From Gemmatimonadales bacterium (GTDB taxonomy: Bacteria; Gemmatimonadota; Gemmatimonadetes; Gemmatimonadales; GWC2-71-9): 64,000 nt of DNA. Within the stretch, counting starts at the first letter, position 1; each line of letters begins with the position of its first letter. Under the pieces are notes generated by a model. That model made no database searches and was not told the DNA's origin. It worked only from the letters and a program-made list of their open reading frames with translations. Made by a program: the position numbers and the translations under genes. The stretch covers positions 3,680,001 to 3,744,000 of the forward strand of contig OZ252244.1 of NCBI GenBank assembly GCA_965249575.1. Direction: 5' to 3'. This document shows positions 58,740 through 64,000 of this stretch, piece by piece.

Positions 58740-59830
58740 CGCACGCATACGTGTTGTTGGAAGACGGCGCCTGCTTCAATGGACACGCCCGCTCGCCCTT
58801 CCCCCCGCGGCCCGGAGAGGTGGTCTTCACGACGAATCTCTCTGGATACCAAGAGGTCTTCACCGACCCCTCGTATACAGGGCAGATCGTGGTGATGACC
58901 GCGCCGATGATTGGCAACTACGGGGTCAATGGTGAGGATTTTGAGTCCGACCGTCCGCGCGTCAACGGAATCGTCGTGCGAGAGCTCTCCCGCGGGTTTT
59001 CGAATTGGCGGGCAGAGGGCAGCCTAGACGACTGGCTCGCGACCCGAGACATTCCGATCGTCGAAGGCGTCGATACCCGCCGGCTCGCGCGACACATCCG
59101 CTCGGCGGGAGCCATGCGCGGCATTCTCGCGGCGGGCGCGGAACCGACCGACGAGGTCCGGGGCGCTCTTCAGGAGAGCCCGCATATGGAGGGGCTTGAC
59201 CTCGCGTCGGTAGCAACCATCCCGGCTGAGCGGACGGTCGGACCCGACGATGCCCGCCGCCACGTTGTGGCTTTCGATTTTGGCATGAAAGAGAACATCC
59301 TGCGGATGTTTGGCACTCTGGATTGCCGGGTGACAGTCGTCCCATCCAAGACCCCCGCCTCGCGCGTGCGAGAATTGAATCCCGACGGGTTGTTTCTCTC
59401 GAACGGTCCGGGCGATCCGGCTGCGGTCACCTACAGCTTCGAAACCATCCGGGACCTTGCGGCTAGCGGGTTGCCGACGTTCGGTATTTGCCTGGGTCAC
59501 CAATTGCTCGCGCTGGCGTTCGGGGCAGAAACTGTCAAGCTGCCTTATGGTCATCGAGGGGGGAATCATCCGGTCCGCGACCTGACGACCGGGCAAGTCT
59601 TGATTACCAGTCAAAACCACGGATTTGCAGTGCAGGGAAGCACTAAGGGGGTCTCGCGTGCTAAAGAACTTGAGGTGACCCACCTTAACCTGAATGATGG
59701 CACCGTAGAAGGTGTCCGGCACCGAAAGCTGCCCGCATTCGGCGTGCAGTACCACCCGGAGGCCTCCCCGGGCCCCCATGACGCCCGGCGGCACTTCGCG
59801 GAGTTCGTCCAAACCCTTGACAGTCAATAG
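58736..59830 (+). CDS. carA: Carbamoyl-phosphate synthase small subunit
   Basis: LLEDG, GEVVFTT, SNGPGDP, GICLGHQ and QYHPE motifs. Start is CTG 58736 or GTG 58751. Confidence 0.95.
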   Translation: MTHAYVLLEDGACFNGHARSPFPPRPGEVVFTTNLSGYQEVFTDPSYTGQIVVMTAPMIGNYGVNGEDFESDRPRVNGIVVRELSRGFSNWRAEGSLDDWLATRDIPIVEGVDTRRLARHIRSAGAMRGILAAGAEPTDEVRGALQESPHMEGLDLASVATIPAERTVGPDDARRHVVAFDFGMKENILRMFGTLDCRVTVVPSKTPASRVRELNPDGLFLSNGPGDPAAVTYSFETIRDLAASGLPTFGICLGHQLLALAFGAETVKLPYGHRGGNHPVRDLTTGQVLITSQNHGFAVQGSTKGVSRAKELEVTHLNLNDGTVEGVRHRKLPAFGVQYHPEASPGPHDARRHFAEFVQTLDSQ

Positions 59831-59845
59831 GTAAGCCAATATGTT
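59817..59845 (+). promoter_or_regulatory. Sigma70 promoter of the HU/IHF gene
   Basis: TTGACA-N17-TATGTT. Confidence 0.65.
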
Positions 59846-59910
59846 GACCCCCCCACCCGGCACACTTGGGTGGGACCTCCGCCACACTCTGAGCCGTCAA
59901 GGGGGGGTGC

Positions 59911-60231
59911 ATGACCAAGGCGGACCTCGTGGAGAAGGTGACAGCCACGATTGCGCGAACTGCTGGGCCGATGATCTCGAAGAAGGACTGTGCCCGTGTC
60001 GTGGATGCGTTCCTCGACGCCGTGAAGGGCGCACTTGCAGATCAACACAATATCGAGATTCGCGGGTTCGGCACCTTTAAAATCCGACGCCGGAAAACAC
60101 GGATGGCACGCAACCCACGCACCGGAGAGCCGGTGGAGGTGGCTGCCCGTCCTGTCCCGGTCTTCAAGCCATCAAAAGAGTTACGTGCCTTGGTGGCCGA
60201 GGCCAGCGAGAGTGTGACGCCACAGGTTTGA
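59911..60231 (+). CDS. HU/IHF-family DNA-binding protein (IHF-beta-like)
   Basis: MTKADLV, IEIRGFGTF, ARNPRTGE and FKPSKEL motifs. Confidence 0.93.
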   Translation: MTKADLVEKVTATIARTAGPMISKKDCARVVDAFLDAVKGALADQHNIEIRGFGTFKIRRRKTRMARNPRTGEPVEVAARPVPVFKPSKELRALVAEASESVTPQV

Positions 60232-60370
60232 CGGGGACGGAACCCCTCCGGAGCTTGGTTTTGGACGGCGTCGGCGAGCACATCTCGCCGGCGTCTTTCG
60301 TTTGGGTGAATGCGGGCGCTTGGAAAAAGGGCTAGCCGCTTCCGACCGAGTTGCTAGATTCCATAGCAGC

Positions 60371-60655
60371 ATGGGCTTGACGGATTCAAAACCGGCCGCC
60401 GCCGGACGCCTCACGGTTCATTGCCGGCTCTTCGCCCAGTACGCGGAGGTCGTAGGGGTTTCGGCGCTGAGCGTGGAGATCCCATCGCCAGCATCCGTAT
60501 CCGACGCGGTCGTGCAACTACGATCTCAGCTGCCGAACGGCCATCTCCTTCCGCAGAAGCCGCTGGTTGCGGTGAATCGTGAGCATGCGCTCGGGGACCA
60601 GAGTCTTACGGATGGAGACGAGCTTGCGTTGTTACCGCCGCTCGCCGGGGGCTGA
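60371..60655 (+). CDS. moaD: Molybdopterin synthase sulfur carrier
   Basis: LFAQYAE, VAVNRE and C-terminal PPLAGG motifs. Confidence 0.88.
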   Translation: MGLTDSKPAAAGRLTVHCRLFAQYAEVVGVSALSVEIPSPASVSDAVVQLRSQLPNGHLLPQKPLVAVNREHALGDQSLTDGDELALLPPLAGG

Positions 60656-60656
60656 C

Positions 60657-61133
60657 GTGAGCCTCCTCACGAGCGAGGCGATCGATCTCCCGCAGCTGAC
60701 CCGGGAGGTCGGCGAGGCTGGGTTGGGAGGGACAGTGGTTTTTCTCGGGACCGTGAGGCGGAGTGCCGAGGATGGGCCAGTGATCGCCATCGATTATTCG
60801 AGCTACGGAGAGATGGCGGAACGGGAGTTTGAGAAGATCCTCGCGGAAGCCCGACGACGCTGGCCGGCGAGTCGGGTCAGGGCACGGCATCGGATCGGTC
60901 GTGTCGAGACTGGCGAAACGAGCGTCGCGATCGTTGCGGCAAGCCCGCACCGTGCCGAAGCGTTCGACGTTGGCCGGTTCGTGATCGAGGAAGTGAAACG
61001 CCGGGTTCCGGTCTGGAAGCAAGAAATCTTCGAAGGTGGCTCGCGGGCGTGGCGCTCGGCCTACGATTCGACGGGCGCCGGAGGGCATGCTATACCACCG
61101 GGGTCTCGCGCGGCGGCTCCCGGGTCCGAATAG
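60657..61133 (+). CDS. moaE: Molybdopterin synthase catalytic subunit
   Basis: FLGTVR, HRIG, SPHRAEAF and KRRVPVWKQE motifs. Confidence 0.92.
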   Translation: MSLLTSEAIDLPQLTREVGEAGLGGTVVFLGTVRRSAEDGPVIAIDYSSYGEMAEREFEKILAEARRRWPASRVRARHRIGRVETGETSVAIVAASPHRAEAFDVGRFVIEEVKRRVPVWKQEIFEGGSRAWRSAYDSTGAGGHAIPPGSRAAAPGSE

Positions 61134-61134
61134 C

Positions 61135-61671
61135 ATGGCGCTGTCAGTCGCGCTCATTCAGCCCAAGATCCCGCCGAATGCTGGCAATGTGGCGCGGTTG
61201 TGTGCTGCCACGGATGCCGCACTCCACCTCATTGGTCCCCTGGACTTCTCCCTCGACGACGCCGAGCTCCGCCGGGCGGGTCTCGACTACTGGGATCAAG
61301 TGGATCTGTGGGTTCACCCGGTATGGCGAGCGTTCCGTGACGCTGTATCGCGCGAACGTTGTCTATATTTCTCCTCGCACGGCCAGCAAGACTATCGGGC
61401 TGCTCCGTTCACCCTGAATTCCGTGCTGGTCTTTGGCAATGAGACCGAGGGGATGCCGGAGCGAGTGCGGGAAAAACATCCCGAGCGCCTTTACCGCATC
61501 CCGATGGGGCGTGGTGTCCGGAGTCTCAATCTCGCAACGTCAGTCGGGATCGTCCTGTACGAGGCAATTCGCCAACTCGGGTTACGTCTCGAGGACGCTG
61601 CCGAGCGCGGTGGATCTTCGGCCGCGCCGCCGGGTGAGTGGATCGATAATCGGGTATCACAACTCAGTTAG
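61135..61671 (+). CDS. trmL: tRNA (cytidine/uridine-34-2'-O)-methyltransferase
   Basis: [24 protein letters not shown] and RSLNLA motifs. Confidence 0.92.
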   Translation: MALSVALIQPKIPPNAGNVARLCAATDAALHLIGPLDFSLDDAELRRAGLDYWDQVDLWVHPVWRAFRDAVSRERCLYFSSHGQQDYRAAPFTLNSVLVFGNETEGMPERVREKHPERLYRIPMGRGVRSLNLATSVGIVLYEAIRQLGLRLEDAAERGGSSAAPPGEWIDNRVSQLS

Positions 61672-61678
61672 GAAGCCA

Positions 61679-62605
61679 ATGCGCAAAATCACCGTGGTGG
61701 GAGCGGGTAACGTTGGTGCGTCGACGGCCCAGCGGATCGCTGAAACCGAGTTAGCGCGTAGGGTCGTGCTGGTAGATATCCTCGAGGGCGTTCCTCAGGG
61801 GAAAGGGCTGGATCAGTGGGAGTCAGCGCCGATCGAGGGGTTTGATACCCGAGTGATGGGCTCCAACGACTACGGACCTGCTGCCGACAGCGAGCTCTTC
61901 GTCGTCACGGCGGGAATCGCGCGAAAGCCGGGCATGAGTCGCGATGACCTCGTCCAGACGAACGCGAAAATCGTGAAGGCAGTCAGTGAAGAGATTAAGC
62001 GGTGCTCACCGGACGCCGTCGTGATTATCGTGTCCAATCCCCTCGACGTGATGTGCTGGGTTGCAAAAACCGTCACCGGGTTTCCACGAGAGCGTGTTGT
62101 TGGCATGGCCGGCGTGCTCGACACCGCGCGCTATCGGAGTTTCTTGGCCGAGGCGTTGGATGCCTCGGTCGAGGACATACAGGGCATGGTGCTGGGTGGC
62201 CACGGAGATAACATGGTGCCCCTCGTCTCGTACACGACTGTCTCGGGCATTCCCGTTACCCAGCTGCTCGACGCGAAACAACTGGACGCTATCGTCGACA
62301 GGACGCGAAAGGGGGGAGCCGAAATCGTCGGCCTCCTGAAAACCGGGTCGGCGTATTACGCGCCCTCGGCGGCTGCCGTCCAAATGGCGGAATCGATCGC
62401 CAAGGACAAGCGGCGTATCCTCCCGTGCGCCGCCTGGCTCGAAGGCGAATACGGACTCGAAGGCCTGTACGTCGGCGTCCCCTGCAAGCTCGGAGCCGGA
62501 GGGGTCGAGTCGATCATCGAGGTCGATCTGACCGACGACGAGCGGGCCGCTCTCCACCGATCAGCCGACGCCGTTCGCTCGACCATGGCGTCTGTGGCCC
62601 TCTAG
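61679..62605 (+). CDS. mdh: Malate dehydrogenase (LDH-like)
   Basis: [26 protein letters not shown] and GSAYYAP motifs. Confidence 0.95.
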   Translation: MRKITVVGAGNVGASTAQRIAETELARRVVLVDILEGVPQGKGLDQWESAPIEGFDTRVMGSNDYGPAADSELFVVTAGIARKPGMSRDDLVQTNAKIVKAVSEEIKRCSPDAVVIIVSNPLDVMCWVAKTVTGFPRERVVGMAGVLDTARYRSFLAEALDASVEDIQGMVLGGHGDNMVPLVSYTTVSGIPVTQLLDAKQLDAIVDRTRKGGAEIVGLLKTGSAYYAPSAAAVQMAESIAKDKRRILPCAAWLEGEYGLEGLYVGVPCKLGAGGVESIIEVDLTDDERAALHRSADAVRSTMASVAL

Positions 62606-62612
62606 GGCGGAC

Positions 62613-63407
62613 ATGGCGACAACGATAACCCCCAGACAGGTGGAAGAGCGCTCGTTTGGAGCTACGCTGCGCCCCGACCCATGGTGGATCGCACCCTCGA
62701 TAGTCGCGCTTGGACTGCTTGCCTTCGGCGTGTACTCGACCTGGGCCGCATGGGTCGGTGAGCATTTCGAATGGGGACCCTACCTTTCGCCCTTCTACTC
62801 GCCGCACCTGTCTTTCCAATGGTGGCCCGTGTCACCCGCGTTCCTCATTCTCTGGGCACCGCTCGGCTTTCGTGCGACCTGCTACTACTATCGCAAAGCC
62901 TACTACCGGGCATTTTTTCTCGATCCGGCCGCGTGCGCCGTGGGCGAACCAGAGCGCGATTACCAGGGCGAGCGCAAGCTGTTCATCTTCCAGAATCTAC
63001 ACCGGTTCTTCATGTATTTGGCCGTGATTTTCATCTTTATTCTTTCCTACGACGCTCTCGTGTCCTTTATCTGGCCGGTCAACGGCGTATTGGTCTCGGG
63101 GGCGATGGCCCCCGGGCCGCGCGAGTTTGGGATCGGGGTGGGCAGTATCGTTCTCACACTCAACGTTGTCTTCCTGGCCGCGTTCACCTTCGGTTGCCAC
63201 GCCTTGCGACACGCGGTCGGGGGCAATGTCGATTGCTTCTCCTGCTCGGCGCTCGGGCGACATCGTCACCGGCTCTGGCGCGGCGTTAGCCGGCTCAACG
63301 AGCGCCACATGCTGTGGGCCTGGGTTTCCCTCGCGTGGGTGGGCCTCTCCGACCTCTACGTGCGCCTCGTTTCGATGGGTGTCATCCCCGATGTGAGGCT
63401 CCTGTAA
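62613..63407 (+). CDS. Succinate dehydrogenase membrane anchor, actinobacterial Sdh1 (Rv0249c)-type
   Basis: YLSPFYSP, FRATCYYYRKAYYRAF, QNLHRFF, GCHALRH and HMLWAW motifs; directly precedes the flavoprotein. Confidence 0.75.
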   Translation: MATTITPRQVEERSFGATLRPDPWWIAPSIVALGLLAFGVYSTWAAWVGEHFEWGPYLSPFYSPHLSFQWWPVSPAFLILWAPLGFRATCYYYRKAYYRAFFLDPAACAVGEPERDYQGERKLFIFQNLHRFFMYLAVIFIFILSYDALVSFIWPVNGVLVSGAMAPGPREFGIGVGSIVLTLNVVFLAAFTFGCHALRHAVGGNVDCFSCSALGRHRHRLWRGVSRLNERHMLWAWVSLAWVGLSDLYVRLVSMGVIPDVRLL

Positions 63408-64000
63408 TGCCGGACGTGAAGCGATATCGACATGACGTGATCGTGGTGGGTGCAGGTGGCGCGGGCCTGCGGGCGGCTATCGAGGCGCGAGTACAGGGAG
63501 CCTCCGTCGCATTGGTGTGCAAGTCCCTCCTCGGCAAGGCCCACACGGTCATGGCCGAAGGAGGTGCCGCGGCCGCCCTGGGAAACGTCATGGATGAAGA
63601 CAACTGGCGGGTGCATTTTCGCGACACGATGCGCGGCGGCAAAATGCATGGCAACTGGCGGATGGCGCAGATCCACGCCCAGGAGGCTCCCGATCGCATT
63701 CGCGAGCTCGAGGCGTGGGGTGCCCTCTTCGACCGGACGGCGGAAGGACGGATCAACCAGCGCCCTTTCGGCGGACACACGTACTCGAGGCTCGCTCACG
63801 TCGGGGATCGTACCGGGTTGGAAATGATCCGGGTCCTGCAGGATGAGGGCGTTCATAGCGGTATCGATGTGTTCATGGAGTTCACGGTTGTCTCGCTCCC
63901 AGTCGTCAACGAGCGCGTCGTGGGGGCCGTCGCGTACATCAGGGAGAGCGGACGCTTCGTCGTGTTCGAGGGGAGCGCGGTGGTGCTCGCCACGGGGGGG
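63407..64000 (+). CDS. sdhA: Succinate dehydrogenase/fumarate reductase flavoprotein, 3'-partial
   Basis: ATG 63407 overlaps TAA and reads MPDVKRYRHDVIVVGAGGAGLRAAIEA..KSLLGKAHTVMAEGG..QRPFGGH..DRTG; runs off the window (not in the ORF track). Confidence 0.9.
   Translation, partial: MPDVKRYRHDVIVVGAGGAGLRAAIEARVQGASVALVCKSLLGKAHTVMAEGGAAAALGNVMDEDNWRVHFRDTMRGGKMHGNWRMAQIHAQEAPDRIRELEAWGALFDRTAEGRINQRPFGGHTYSRLAHVGDRTGLEMIRVLQDEGVHSGIDVFMEFTVVSLPVVNERVVGAVAYIRESGRFVVFEGSAVVLATGG

Noticed and set aside
1..64000. CRISPR arrays, transposases, integrases, prophage or defence genes, rRNA
   Set aside because: No regularly spaced repeats or diagnostic protein motifs were seen by eye.

Overview
A GC-rich bacterial chromosomal window. 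Gene content and order suggest Gemmatimonadota, but this is inference only. Most of it is housekeeping: radical SAM-rng-rplU-rpmA; gltA-icd-pepA; yicC-gmk-rpoZ-coaBC-udg-dnaB-ispD-tsaC-ptp-aroE-comF-gap-pgk-tpiA-secG-carA; hup; moaDE-trmL-mdh-sdh. The standout is a tightly coupled minus-strand operon at about 22.7-31.9 kb that looks like a non-canonical hybrid of the box and paa aromatic-CoA epoxide pathways. It encodes a shortened BoxB-type di-iron epoxidase, a single-domain (half-size) BoxC-like crotonase, PaaG/PaaJ/PaaH/PaaF-like enzymes, an aldehyde dehydrogenase, a GDPD and an amidohydrolase. No BoxA reductase or CoA ligase lies in the window. The operon is headed by a TetR gene whose promoter carries a perfect PaaR-type operator. 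Immediately upstream is a eukaryote-like (DEGS1-type) sphingolipid desaturase homolog. Other notable items are an M16 peptidase pair in which neither subunit keeps HxxEH, and a tRNA-Leu(CAA) followed by a decaying accessory islet. The islet includes a Ser/Thr kinase whose subdomains are shuffled and partly inverted. A recQ gene with an in-frame TGA and a truncated Na/Pi symporter also occur. No CRISPR array, integrase, transposase or rRNA was seen. All family assignments come from motif recognition by eye; no searches were run.
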